NCBI RefSeq assembly: GCF_009914755.1
Contig: NC_060928.1
Reading direction: 5' to 3' (one strand)
Source of the DNA: the human T2T-CHM13v2.0 reference genome, Homo sapiens
Length of the DNA stretch: 64,000 nt
Positions 45,456 to 61,844 of this stretch are shown in pieces. Both the position numbers and the translations under genes were made by a program. Positions within the stretch are counted from its first letter, which is position 1, and each line of letters opens with the position of its first letter. A model generated the notes under the pieces. It did not search any database, was not told the DNA's origin, and saw nothing but the letters and a program-made list of their open reading frames with translations.

Positions 45456-46510
45456 ATATATATATACACACATATATATATATGTTCATATATATACACA
45501 CATATATATATGTTCATATATATACACACATATATATATGTTCATATATATACACACATATATATATGTTCATATATATACACACATATATATATGTTCA
45601 TATATATACACACATATATATATGTTCATATATATACACACATATATATATGTTCATATATATACACACATATATATATGTTCATATATATACACACATA
45701 TATATATGTTCATATATATACACACATATATATATGTTCATATATATACACACATATATATGTTCATATATATACACACATATATATATGTTCATATATA
45801 TACACACATATATATGTTCATATATATACACACATATATATGTTCATATATATATTCATATATATATGTTCATGTATATTCATATATATATGTTCATATA
45901 TATATTCATATATATGTTCATATATATATTCATATATATATGTTCATATATATATTCATATATATATGTTCATATATATATTCATATATATATGTTCATA
46001 TATATATTCATATATATATGTTCATATATATATTCATATATATATGTTCATATATATATTCATATATATATGTTCATATATATATTCATATATATATGTT
46101 CATATATATATTCATATATATATTCATATATATATTCATATATATATGTTCATATATATATTCATATATATATGTTCATATATATATTCATATATATATG
46201 TTCATATATATATTCATATATATATGTTCATATATATATTCATATATATATGTTCATATATATATTCATATATATATGTTCATATATATATTCATATATA
46301 TATGTTCATATATATATTCATATATATATGTTCATATATATATTCATATATATGTTCATATATATATTCATATATATATGTTCATATATATATTCATATA
46401 TATATGTTCATATATATATTCATATATATATGTTCATATATATATTCATATATATATGTTCATATATATATTCATATATATGTTCATATATATATTCATA
46501 TATATATATA
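45456..46510. repeat. Bipartite AT-rich minisatellite/VNTR
   Basis: 28-bp units TGTTCATATATATACACACATATATATA to ~45850, then 26-bp units TGTTCATATATATATTCATATATATA. Confidence 0.97.
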
Positions 46511-47031
46511 TTTTTTTTTTACCCAATACCAATATAAATGCTCTGGAGGGTGGAAAACATTGCCCCTGTGAAATGTTGACCATGGGTATTATGGCCATGC
46601 CTGGGGCCTTGCAATAGCCCATAAAGGCTGTGCCATCTCAGGAATCTCAAAGGTAGTGATTGCCATTTTCGTCCAAGAACTTTTTTATTTGCTATTATTT
46701 TAAACCTTAGTTATTTTTTGTTTCAAGTACAGTTACAGGTAGAGAACATGCTGACATGTTCAAACAGAATGTTCATCATTTCTCTTCCCTGGGCCATCCT
46801 TGTTTTCATGAGGCTCCCAGCCTATATCAGTGCTCTCTCCCAATGCTGTGCCCATCATGCAAGAGCCTTCATTATCGGTCTCCCTAAACTTCATATTCTG
46901 ATGGTCTCAGAGATTTAAATAGCTTCTTTTCACAAAAAGGAAATTCCAGATTTGGAGTGTCAGATCTCTTTCTCCCAGGATTAATACAGGTAAGAATCTG
47001 ACCTTGCCTGACACTTATTTAAATCTGATAA

Positions 47032-47223
<192 letters not shown>

Positions 47224-47421
47224 TAAAATTTGTAAGGATTTCTACTTATACAATTTCAGTAGAAGAGTTACTACTAAGGTAATGCTCAGAAAAGGTGACT
47301 TGTGTAGTGAAGTCGCATTTGCCTATGAAACAATTGCCATTTATCCCAATGTTTTGTTAATTAATTACAAGGTAGAGAGGATTAGAAATATTTATACTAA
47401 AGGAGCTTCGTGGGGATCATT

Positions 47422-47892
<471 letters not shown>

Positions 47893-48273
47893 TCTATACC
47901 AACACTGTTCATTTTGCAAAAGAAGAAACTAGAGAAGTTAGGTGGATCTTCCAGTATCATACCTGGAGTCAAGGCTGGAGTCCAAGTTTCTTAGACTGAA
48001 TTCAACCAGCCCATGAGTGGGTGAAAAATCTGATGGTAGGGTTGGACCAAAAGAATGTTGGTTAGCTTGCTAGAAAAGAGACCTCTGCTTCTGTGATGCT
48101 GGCAGAGGCCCCAGGAAAAAGCTCAGAGAAGCTAGACAGAGTCTGTATTGGGATACATTTGCCTAAACTCAAACTGATGATGTAGCTAATGATGATTTGA
48201 GTTAATCCCAGTGGATTTTAATTAATCCCACAGGATTTTAAGAATTTCTAATCATGTTCAGCTAGTTGAAGTT

Positions 48274-48312
48274 ACACACACACACACACACACACACACA
48301 CCACACACACAC
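48274..48312. repeat. (CA)n microsatellite
   Basis: Read directly from the sequence; one interruption. Confidence 0.95.
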
Positions 48313-48671
48313 AGAATCTAGATACAGCATTAACAATCAACTCCCTTGCCACAGAATTACCCATTTATCCAAAGTTTCAATTATTACCAGGCCATTTGTC
48401 TAATTTTAATTGGATTTCGAGAGAAGTAGGAAATCCCACATTATTTGTGAAAAAAAATGAGAAGGCGCTATTAAGACACTCAACCAAAGAGAATGGGAGG
48501 GAATCAATGAGCTACCAGAAACCTTGTTCTTGTCTTTGTATCTTATCATCCTGGGGGAGAAAAAAAGTCCCCTATGGCCTATTAGAGACCTCAATTTTCA
48601 AGCCACTTCTCACTAGAATTCAAATGGCCCACAAGGAATCCCAAGCATTATGCCCTTGCCTTTCTTTTTAG

Positions 48672-48791
<120 letters not shown>

Positions 48792-49087
48792 TGATAGATG
48801 TCACTTTCTTTGAGGCATTAAAATAATTACATTTTGTAGAGACTAATTTAATGTAATAGAAAAATAAAGTAGAAATAGAATTTTGAAACATTTGTAATTT
48901 TTAGTTTAGGCTACAAATTCACACATATGTAATGAATAGACCCATTTCAATTGTTGTAGGTGTTAGTAATGAGGGATGGGTGTAATGGGGAAGCTGTTTG
49001 TAGACTGAAAGACAGTTTGCTATTTGACTTGATTCAATAATTTAAACGATGATTACTTGTTATAAAGATGGCTATTTATTTATTTAG

Positions 49088-49228
<141 letters not shown>

Positions 49229-49331
49229 TAAGATAATGCTAAAATTTTTATTTTCTTTGCTATTCTTTGTTATATTATTATACTTGATTTGTAAATAGAT
49301 CTGTGTTTGTGTGTGTGTGTGTGTGCGCGTG

Positions 49332-50548
49332 TAGTCATGCATTGCTTAACAATGGGAATAAGTTCTGAGAAAAGCATTGTTAGGCAATTTCATCACTGTG
49401 CAAACATCATAGAGTATACATACACAAACCTAGATGGCATAGCCTACACTACATTATATGGTATAGCCTATTGCTCCTAGGCTACAAACCTGTATAGCAT
49501 GTTGCTGTACTGCATACTGTAGACAATTAAACACAATGGTAAGTTTTTGTGTATCTAGACATAGAAAAAGTCAGCAGAAAAATACAGTATAAAAGATACT
49601 ATGTAGGTGTACCTTTATTCATAAAAGGTACATAAGTGAAATTTGCAGGGCTGAAAGTTGCTCTGGATGAATCACCAAATGAGCACTGAGTGAATGTCAT
49701 AGACTAGGACGTTACTGTACACTACTGTAGACTTTATAAACACTGTACACTTATGCTACGCTGAATTTCTAAAAAACTTTTTTCCTCCATCATAAATTAA
49801 CCTTAGCTTACTGTAATATTTTTACGTTAAAAACTTTTTAATTTTTGTTAACTTTTGAAGTACTCTGTAATAACACATAGTTTAAAACACATTGTATAGG
49901 TGTACAAAAAATATTTTTTCTTTAAATCTTTATAAGCTTTTTTCTATTTTTAAATTTTTTATTTTTATTTTTTTCTTTTAAAAATTTCTGGTTAAAAATT
50001 AAGACATAAGCATATATATTAGCCTCGGCCTACACAAGGTCAGGATCATCAATATCACTGTCTTCCTCCAGTGGAAGGCACTTACAACCTCCAAATGTTG
50101 TCTCACTGAAAGGTCTTCAGGTGCAATAACATACATAGAACTGTCACTTCCTCTGATAACAATGCCTTCTTCTGGAATACCTCCTGAAGAACCTGCCTGA
50201 GGCTGTCTTACAGTTAATTTTTTTAATAAGTAGAAGAAGTACACTGTAAAATAATAATAAAATGTGTGGTATAATAAACACAGAAATCAGTAATAATCAT
50301 TTGTCACCATTATCAAGTATTATGTATTGTACGTAACTGCACGTGCTATACTTTTATATAACAGTAGCACAGTAGGTGTGTTAACCACCAGCATCGACAA
50401 AAACACGTGAGTAATGCTTTGCACTGTGATGATAGGACAGCTATGATGTCACTAGGCAAGAGGAATGTTTCAGCTTCATAATTTTATGGGACCACCTTTG
50501 TACATGGGTCCATCATTGACCAAAATGTCCTTGTGCAGCACATGACTG
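49332..50548 (-). mobile_element. Tigger3b/MER7-like near full-length DNA transposon
   Basis: Reverse-complement match to 8128-9344 (e.g. TCTGGAATACCTCCTGAAGAACCTGCCTGAGGCTG); ends CACATGACTG|TA. Confidence 0.85.
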
Positions 50549-51273
50549 TATTTATTGTGCTTCCTCATTTCAACTGTGAGCTCCTTGAAAATAGTGATTA
50601 TATCTTGTTCATCTTTATTTTTTACATCATCTACAACAATTCACGGCACATGGTAAATAATTACTTTTTAAATAAAATTGTATTAAAAATCAATTATTTA
50701 TTGAACAGGTTTTAAGTTTTAAAAAGACAAACTACTTGATTCATTCTAGTTCATTTTCTAATTTCTCTGTCAAATGTTTTTAATATTAAGGTAAAAAAGT
50801 GGTAGCATTTGTAATTTTTAAGAGTTTTTAAAAAAAATTGTTGTTAAAAAACATAAAAAGTTCCGTAGTGAAGAGATGTGACAAAATTTTTGATATGACT
50901 TATGCAACTTAAATATTTAGGCCTGTTTATCATTTGAAGACCATTCTCTGGACAGAATTGTTCTAACAGGATTAAGAACTAGAATGTTAAATCTTAGAGT
51001 TTCTGTTATTTTCAGATTTTAATTCAGAAAACAATGTTTTCTAGCAGTGAATGTGTTATACCTTATGCCATTGCTTCTCAAAAAATTTCTCTGGAGTAGC
51101 TGTAATATTAGCACCAAATAGATGCAAAATAGTAGTAAAAATGCCTGATTAAAATGCTTGAAATTTTATAGAAGTCTCATCTGGAATAGAATTTTGCATT
51201 CTACTTCATATACTACTGGTATATCTATAGTGTTTTATTATATTTTCATATAAAATAAATATTTTAAATAACT

Positions 51274-51800
51274 TATCAGGCCTATGAGATTTCCATTGCT
51301 ATGTAACAACCCCAGATTTAGTGGTATAAAATGCAACAATCACTGTACTGTTCTCTGTCATAATTTACAGGCTTGCCTTGGCCTTGCTAGGCATCTATTA
51401 TGTAGTTTCAGACAGTCAAACTATTCAAAGGTGGTTCCCCCATGTATCTGGTGCATGGGCTGGAAAGACTCAAACATCTGAGGCTCCTCATGCAACTATC
51501 TTTATTTCCCTGTCGCCTCTCAGCACTGCAGCTTCATGTCAGACTTCTTATGTAGTAGCTCAAGGCTCCGAAGCACATGTACTGATAGTGTGCCAGAGAA
51601 AAGCTGAATTCTCTTTTAAGACATAGCCTTAGAGATCACACAGTGTTACTTTCAGTCTCCTCTATTAGTTGAGGCAGTCACAGAGTCCTACCCAGGTTCA
51701 AGGAGAGGGATGTAGACCCTACCTTTTGATGACAGACAGGTTCTGGAAGAGCATGTCAGACAAAAATAGAGTTGAGACTATTTTTGGAAAATAAGATTTT
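51274..51800 (-). mobile_element. Old MLT1-type LTR (approximate)
   Basis: CCATTGCTATGTAACAACCCCAGATTTAGTGG ... CCCAGGTTCAAGGAGAGGG..TAGACCCTACCTTTTGATG. Confidence 0.6.
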
Positions 51801-52146
51801 CTAGCTGTCTTGGTTAATAAGTAACACGTGGTTGTATTGACGATATCATTTTCAGAAAGCTGGGCTAAATTCAAAAGAGCTGACATTGCATATCTTATTC
51901 ATCATCCAGGCAATTTTTCTTCCCTGTATACTGTTGAAATAATATTTTGAAAATGCAAACTTAAATTTTCAAATCTTTTAATATAATTGTTGCTCCAGAA
52001 AGACTTCATAATGAGCTTTCAGTTACCTCTGGAGATATCACAGTTTGAAAGACATGGCTATATACAACTTGAATAAATTACTATCTTGTTTGCCAAAAGA
52101 ATGGCAATTAGTATCTTGTTCACTCAAAAGAATGATTATAATATAG

Positions 52147-52416
<270 letters not shown>

Positions 52417-53818
52417 TAAAGAACTACCAGCTACCACAGAGTTGTGATGACAGCAGTCTCACAATATGCACCTGACATAGTGCATGACACATCAATAATT
52501 AACAAATAGTTACCATTCATTCCTCTCAAAAAGTGTTATAACTCAAGGGCAGCCTTTAATAAGTCACATCTAGAATTCAGGGAGGATAGAGGGCTTAATG
52601 AAGTTAGGGGGAAGCATATGGTGTCAAGAATGTGGACAACGGCTGAACCTTGAAAGTTCTGTCACATAATAGTTATTTGTCCACAGGTGACATACTTTAC
52701 TGGCCTCAGTGTTCTGATTATTGCTGCAAGGACTGAAAAAGGATACCAGGATCTTTGCCTAAATTAGGAAACATTTATTTACCCCAGTTTCCCCTACAAT
52801 TCCTGTCAGAAATGCGATATCTCATCCCCAGGGCAAAGTGTAGATCATTGTAACATTTTTAATCCAACAAAGAAAATTTTCCTTTTATTGCATGAATCAG
52901 TTATGATATACATTCAGAGAAATGACTTACCACCCAGCATTTCCTTATCTGTAATCTCTTGTCAGAAGAGCAAACCATTGGCTTCATGCTCTGTGTGTAA
53001 CTATAGGGAGATGCTCTTTCCTTCAGTATTACTGGTGTTCAGAAAAGTGAAATCATCAAGATGTAATACCATAATTTGCTTAAAGTACAAGACAGTAATT
53101 GCTTATTAGTTTCTGAAATTGAGTTAGAGGAAAAAGGAAACATTTTAAAACACAAAATCATCATTTTCAAACATTGTTTCTTCTTTTACCTGTTTTTTTT
53201 TTCATATGTCATTTAATGTTCTAATGTAATTTTCTAATGCTGTATGAGATGGAAATTATTTAGGAAGGTGGCTAATAAAACTAAACTTTTCTTATGCTCT
53301 GCACTATTAATTTCTCTCCCATAGATATTAAACATTATGAGCCATCTAAGATTTTTGATAATTATTTCTTAATTATTATAGAAAATGATTTATTTATGTT
53401 ATTGAGGAATTTGCTTTTCCAAATTTGGAATTCCAAATTCCAAATTTGCTTTTGTAAATTCTATTGCAGCCCTTTAAAGTAAAACAAAAACAAAAACACC
53501 TGAATTCATATTGATATGCTCTCTGCCTTCAGAAATGACCCAGTAAATCTTTAGCTAAGTGCAGCTGGAATTTCACTTGGAATATCTTCTTAAGATTACA
53601 TAGCTAAAAGGCACTTGAAAAAGAGAAAAAAAAGGATCCATTGCTTATTAAAAGTAATGAATAATTTAAAAACTGGCAGCAAGTTATTACTATAGAGTTA
53701 GAGAGTTAGTAGTCACTGATAGGATTTCATAAAACTAGGGGGGAAAGTAGTAAAGTATGAAAAATAAGTTCTTCAGTTAGTTTCAAAGCCGAGAGATGCT
53801 GTTAATTAGAACTATTTA

Positions 53819-53873
53819 TTAGGTTGTTGCAAAAGTAATTGTGGTTTTTGCCATTACTTTTGTGACAACCTAA
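53819..53873. mobile_element. Internally deleted MADE1 (Hsmar1 MITE)
   Basis: TA|TTAGGTTGTTGCAAAAGTAATTGTGGTTTTTGCCATTACTTTTGTGACAACCTAA|TA. Confidence 0.9.
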
Positions 53874-54470
53874 TATTATTTTTAAAACCGCAATAGAATA
53901 ACTTAGTGTGTGTGAGAATTACCTTTATCTAAATGCTACTCTAAAAAACATAGATATAAGAAATGAATAATTCAGACCTTAGCAACAGCAAAACATTGAA
54001 TTTTGTACAAATAATAAAATAAAGAGAGAGAATAGGGAGCTCACCGAAAAATTGATTTTCAGTGAGGTGCAGGTAAATTAGAAACCTGATGCAATTCTTC
54101 AGCAGTTCTCATTATTTTATCTCTGAAATATTTTGCTGTTAATTAAAGTTCTGCACAATTTAAATTGCACTATGGTAGTCAAAGCCTGGCCTCGGATAAA
54201 TTCCCTTGGTGTAGCCGTGAAATGACCTATATACCCAGAAACCAGTTAATTATTGCCCTAGGATCTTCAAGCTAAATATGAATAGACAAAAACAGTCCTC
54301 CTATAGAGGAATGGTTCACAGAGTGGATGGAAGTCCCAGGGGTATGATATGGGCAGGGAACTGTCATGTGTATTGAGGTAAGGTACAAAAAGCTGCTTTC
54401 GCTTCAGACACAAGGGACATTTTATTCCTAGGAGAACACCCTTTGTAAATGTGGATGTTCACAGTTATGA

Positions 54471-54662
<192 letters not shown>

Positions 54663-56026
54663 TAAGTTCCCCAACCTTTGTGTGGGGTTGTCTGTCAGAA
54701 ACATTTCTGGATTGTTGGTTTTTTGAAGTAAGAAAGACCCCTTTTAAACCAACTGCCCCACCACCAAAACAATTATTTTCTTGTACTACATTTTCATCGA
54801 AAAGTTATGCCACAGTGCAGTAATTTAATGGTCACTTGACCAGAAATACAATAGCAGATTTTCAGCAGGGACTAGGAATAAACATGTTGTTGTGTTTATG
54901 AGTTTAAATCAGGACTAGATTGGTACATAGATAAGTGAAGGCAAGGCTTCGTCGTGACATCGTGGGGCATGTGCTGCCTCGCTGTTTTTGAAATTATGTT
55001 CCTCATGCTGTTAATTGACACCTGAACAGATTTGAGTTCATTTAAAAGAAAACAACAAAAAGGGTTTGACTTCTTCAGTTGAAAATGTGATTTCACTAAA
55101 CAGCCAGTTGAAACTATGTTTTATGTAAAAAATTGAGAACTGAGGCGAATGGTGAAAAGAATCTGGAGAAAATAAATCCATATGTTACTTAATATTTGGT
55201 GAAACTATGATCCATTTTACATGTGTAATAAACAGAGTTGACTTAATTTTTCCCCAAAACATTGCATCTGTTTCTAAATAGAATGTATTTTTAGTCTATC
55301 ATACAGAATTTGTGTATATATACAAATTGAGCTTATGATACCAATTATCCTAATTGATGATATAGAACAAGGCCCAATTAATTTGACAAACAGTGAAAAA
55401 CAGTCATTAACATAATCAAAAGTGGAAATTAGCCAAGTTACACACACACACACAGCAGTAGCAGTCACTGAGTTCAAAGAACTGAATTCCCCAACAGGAG
55501 GAAAATTGCAGCTTTTTTCTGAAAAGTCTGTTTATGCTCAATTGCATTTATTTACTTGCCTTAAGGACATTAAAAAATTGATAGGAATTCCAAATGACTA
55601 ATCAAAGTTGGTTATTCTCTTCAAAAATAAATAAACCAGAAATTGAAAAAGAAGCAAAATCATAAATTATCAGGCTCTGTTTTAATTACAGCATGTTAAA
55701 ATATATTGGTAGAGGGACTTGTCTTAACATTATTTTTTATATTTTTAAGATTCTTTAAAAATTTTACCACTCTCAAAGTACATAGGCATTGTCTTAACAT
55801 TAAAGGCAGACATTACTGAGAATAAAAGTGGAATAATTAGGTATTAATTTAGAATAGAGATTACATTAAACCTTATTAGCATTATCTGTATCCTAAAAAT
55901 CTTAAGGCAGCAATAATTTGGAGGACTGCATGATGTATTTTCTAAATCAGATTATTTATACAATATTGAACCATATAACATGCAACACACATGTAGTGTA
56001 GTGTAATAGAAAGGATACTAAGATGA

Positions 56027-56399
<373 letters not shown>

Positions 56400-56794
56400 A
56401 AGGAAGTCTTTTATATTTAGCTTCTCTGAGCCTCACTTTCAACATCTGTAAAATAGGGATAATAATTCTTTCTATTTATTGTAGGCTAGTGAGAGGCAGG
56501 GTGGTGGAATGTAACATTTCCCAAAAAGCCTATATGTTGTATCCTGTAATTTGCAGGAAGTTAACAGGTATGCAAAAAGGAAAAGATTCTGTGAGCAACT
56601 GAGTTTGCAAAACTGGATGAAACCTTGTTAATTTCTCTGTTGCAGAACTTTTCAGTATCTTTAATCAGATAATATTCTGGTAAGTTTTGAATATTTTCTA
56701 AAACACATGATCTTGAAAATCCCTTTTCTTAAAGCATTTTGTAAGACTAGTGTTAACATGGAAAACACTTTGAGAAACATCACTATAATTAAGA

Positions 56795-57180
56795 AACCAT
56801 GGACTCCAGAGTCAGAAAAACCTAGGTTTCAATCCCAGCAATGCCATTTACCATTTACCAGCTATATGACCTTGAACAAATGACTAGGTATATCTGCGTC
56901 TGTTTCCTAGCATGTACAGGGGAATATTAATATTAAACTGACAGAGATGTTCAGTGGATTAAATGAGGTGGTAGTATTAGTAACAGCTAATATTTATCAA
57001 TCACTTACTATATGTCAAGCACTCTTCTGAATGTTTTACAGAGATAACATAATTTAATCCTCCCAACAATCCTGAGGTAAATACTACTTTGGCTTCATTT
57101 TACAGATGAAGAACTTAGAGATTAGACACATAAAATTTTTAGTACAGTGCTTGCACAATATAAACTCAATAAGTATTATG
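56795..57180. mobile_element. Nested MIR fragments
   Basis: GGACTCCAGAGTCAGA..GGTTTCAATCCCAGC..TGACCTTGAACAA and CATTTTACAGATGAAGAA. Confidence 0.6.
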
Positions 57181-57951
57181 TCTTCTAGTTATCTAAGCTT
57201 AATTCACTAGTTTTTTGTTATGATCAAAATAGTACAAGTATATCATTTTTTAAAAGTATAAACTACTAAGCACATGTCACATTGTCTGGTGTGCTTATAT
57301 AGGGGTAGTATGTAATATTTACATACATGTGTTAATTAGTATGACAACTATTTTTAGAAGTTTTACCATCCCGGGCTCAAAAAGCCAAAGATTTTTGATG
57401 ACTAGAATATATAACTAGAGTTTTCCTGTAGGGGTTCCATTCTGTTCACACATATTCATTGTGGTTAAACATAGAACTATACTATGGTGTGTTTTTATTT
57501 TTAAAAAGAGGAAAACCTTTCCCCTTGGATTTAAGGTTAAAGGATTTTCCATCAAATAATACTGCTTTAGTTCAATTAGGCACTTCTGAAATAGGTTTGT
57601 TTGCAAAGCTAATTAAAGAAAGAGAATAAATTTGGGGACCCATAGCTTTTATGTATTACTCATATAGGAAAGAATTTGAACTTAATTTATAATTGTATTT
57701 ATATAATTTTTACTTACAAATCGCCAAATTATACTTGGCTTAGGTTAATATAGTAAAATTAGTTTGTATATTCTGAGTATACATTGTTTGAGTGAGAGAG
57801 AGGGGCGTTCAAGGAGAAAATTAAAATAAAATGGGGAGGGGTCTTTTTGAGAAAGTCTTAATCATTTTTTCATTTGTTCAAATTAAAAAAAAAATCACTT
57901 CTTGAGAAAACTCAAACCAATAGAAACTCTGTGAATGGTAGAGATTTTTAA

Positions 57952-58206
<255 letters not shown>

Positions 58207-59043
58207 TAAAACTTCTTAAGAATATTAACAGTAATTAAAAGTTTCTTAGATCTGAATGAAGGCTATCAACTAGAGACTTCTGAGTATTCATATTCAAATT
58301 GGGGTATTTTCTATCCACTAATTATTAACTGTATAATAAATTATTTCAGTTAGTGCCTTTTTCGTAATTTCAGTAAGTAGTATAAACTATATGGAAATTT
58401 AAAGATTGTGTTCACCTATCATGTTATATAGCATAGGACAGAATTTCAGAGGGGAGAAATCTAGCTTATGCTTCAGTAATCAATTTTACAAGATTTGTTT
58501 TGACTTCAAAAATTCTCATGATATTTAATACACCTACATTGAAGAGATACAATTCTTCTGCTGTTAAAGATTTATGTTGAAAACAAAAGCTAGACTTCTC
58601 TTGTGTCCAAGAATGTTATCTATTTAATTGCACTTGTCTACCTATGATCTAGTGGAATAGTTCATAATCTTTATGGAAAATGTACCCATTCAGAATCTGA
58701 TAAAAGTGATGAGGCCCCTTTTTACTCATACATAAAATTTTATAACCCTCACCCCTCCTTTTTTTTTTTTTTTTTTTGTTCATTGACCCCATGAATCCAA
58801 TCCATAAATTTCCAGGGTTAAGAATTCCCTGTACCACAGGTTAAAAATCCCTGAAAAGGGGATTAACTCTTCAATTCAAAGCTAGATAGCAAATGTGTAA
58901 GTGTCTCAAAAGCAAAATTCTGAGTTTGCAATCTAGAAACATAAAAATACTTTACCAAGTATGTGTTTATTTTTTAACTAAAAGTGTTCCTTGGAAATAT
59001 TTAAATGTCTTGGTAACCTATTTTATCCCTGTTTGGTTAATAG

Positions 59044-59286
<243 letters not shown>

Positions 59287-60244
59287 TAACATATATTAAA
59301 ATTCAGTCATTTATTATGTTTATTGTATATTTCTATTTCACTAGAATGTAAGTTCCATGAAGAAATGGATCTCAGTTTTTTTCAACACCAATTGCTCACC
59401 AGTTCCCGGTACATAGATAATATTTAATAAAGACTTGCTAAAAAGTGAATAGTACAATAACCTCCCTACCCATATACTTTATTGAGTGCCCACTATGTAC
59501 TCAGTTTTAAATGGTGTGTATGATATACTTCTTGTTTTCAGAGAAATATTAGACTCTAAGTCTATCTCCTAGAGTAGAACTTTGTATATAGTAAGTGTGG
59601 TTTCCAGTTTTAAGTTTTGATAGTAGAAATTTAGTTACTTTTAATCACAGAGAACTTTATATTTTATTTTCAATTTCATTTGCCTAAAGCTTTTCCACTT
59701 GCCTGAGTGGACTATCAATTTTCACGTCTTTCTTATTAAAAAGCAAAAAGCAAAAACACTTTTTAAGTATAACTAAATATGGAAAACCAAAATAGATTAA
59801 TGTCTAACACAGTCCATCTTTCTATAATGCAAATAAAGATGCTAAATATATAACAACATAGTCTTTTTTTCTGTCCACATTATACAGCCAGTGTCCCATC
59901 AGCATTTTTTCTACCTCAGACAGCACTATATATCATTTTGCTTACTAAGTGCTTGCTATTAAAAATAGTAGGGAAAATGTTCTTGAAACCAAATGGTCCC
60001 AAAAGAGGCAAGCCAAAACTAGAATATACATTAAGTATGAAAAAGATCACTAAAAACAGTAGTACTGAAAAGGCTTGGGTATTAACTTATTAAGTTCTGG
60101 CAGAAATTAAATTTATTATTTTTATATTAGGGAAGCATGACTTCTTATATTTTTCAATTTCCATAATTATTTGAGTAGCTGATTTACTTCAGCTATTTGT
60201 GTATTAAATATCTTGGCAAAAGATAAAACCCACATATCAAAAGA

Positions 60245-61300
60245 TCTATTCAGCAGTATTTAATGAGCATCTACTCTGTACTAGGCATGATGCTAGTCCT
60301 CAAATAAAAAGATAAATAAAATATTCTACCATCCTCAAAGAACTCCTAGTCTGTTTATCAAATATAAACAAATAAATAATATTGAAATATAAACAAAGTG
60401 CTCAGACAATACAGAAGATGCAGCAACGTTTTCTGTTTGAGTGTGCTCGAGAAGTTTCCACCAAAATAACAATTTTTGCACTTAATCTAGAAGAGGTTTT
60501 TAAGTGAAGAGGTCAAAGTATGGAATGAAAGACATTCTAGGAGACATACAATAATGTATGAAAAGGCCCAAAGTCAAAATAGGCCTGGTATGGTTGGGAA
60601 CAGTGAGAAATTCTGTGGGGTTGGAACATAAAATATGTATGTTTCTGGGGGCAGATAAGTGACAGTGGAGACACAGGAAAGATGGGAAAAGAGATGGAAG
60701 GTGAGCCAGATCTTCATTAATAACAAGCTAAGGAGTCTGGCCTTCATTCCACAGAAAGAAGAGAACAGTGAAGTCTTTAGGCGGATGAATGACATACTCA
60801 GATTTTTTATTAAGAAAGAAGCAAGATGTTTTGTGGACTGATTGTTTAACTGGATTAGAGTTAGTGAGATCTGACTGGAAGCATTTGCAATAACCTAGGC
60901 AAGAATTAGTAAAGGTCTGAATTAATGTAGGGGCAGAGGGCTGAGAGGAGATACATTCAAGGGCCACTTTATTTAGTGACTGATAAGATGTGGAAAATGA
61001 GAAAGAGATAAGAATCCAGGTGACTCTAAAGCTTTCAGTTGAGGTTACCAGGTGTATGGTGATGCCGACCACTTAAGTAAGGTTTATACAGCCTGGTTGG
61101 GGGTGGGAGGAGAGTAGAGCTATTAGTTTGTTTTGGCCATGTTAAGTTCAAAATCCTTTGGGTCACCAGGCTCAGTTGTCCAACAGGCAGGTGTCCACAT
61201 TCACCTGCAGCTCAGGAGAGAAGTTAGGGTCAGAAATAGAGAGTGGCTGAAACCTTCAAAGAGACTGGGGTTACCTAGGAAAGTCATGTAGCATAAGGAA
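60245..61300 (-). mobile_element. L2 fragment (approximate)
   Basis: ATTCAGCAGTATTTAATGAGCATCTACTCTGTACTAGGCA followed by a purine-rich antisense L2 body. Confidence 0.65.
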
Positions 61301-61844
61301 ACAGAACAAAGGATCAAATTTAAAGTTCTTCTGATAATGGACAGCCTGGTTCTCATCACATCTTTAAAATTACCTTGAAGGTAGCTGCAAACCATCTACT
61401 ATCACTGGCATTCAATTTTGTTAATATTTTTGAGCAAACATTTTTTTTCATCTTTGAGGATAATAAGATTTGGCCATAGTGAATTTACTACAGAAGAACT
61501 GTAGTAAAGGTTCAGTTTTTCTTTTGAATTTTCTGCTGTGAAACACTCATCTACGTTTTGTCCAAATCAAAGATATATGAAAGAAAGGAAAGAAAATTAT
61601 GTATTGTATTAAATAAGCACAAATTTAAGGTAGCTACTGGGCACACTATATGCATGCTGTGTAAAAGGAACCTGCCATTCTGTGTAGTTCTATAGCCTTT
61701 CAGAACTTACTAGGATAAAAGCTACAGTCCTGTGACAGTCTGAATGGCAGCTAGACAAGTGCACAACCAGTACTATGCCACATGTTTCTTTTTTATGTTT
61801 GTCTTTTGCTTATGTTTTGACCTCCCGGCATCCTAATTCCTTAT

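Noticed and set aside
45456-46510. CRISPR-like array of 26-28 bp repeats
   Set aside because: No unique spacers and a eukaryotic intron context; it is a minisatellite
45482-46617. Three overlapping ~350-aa ORFs
   Set aside because: Artefact of a stop-free tandem repeat; low-complexity Y/I/H translation with no splice or promoter context
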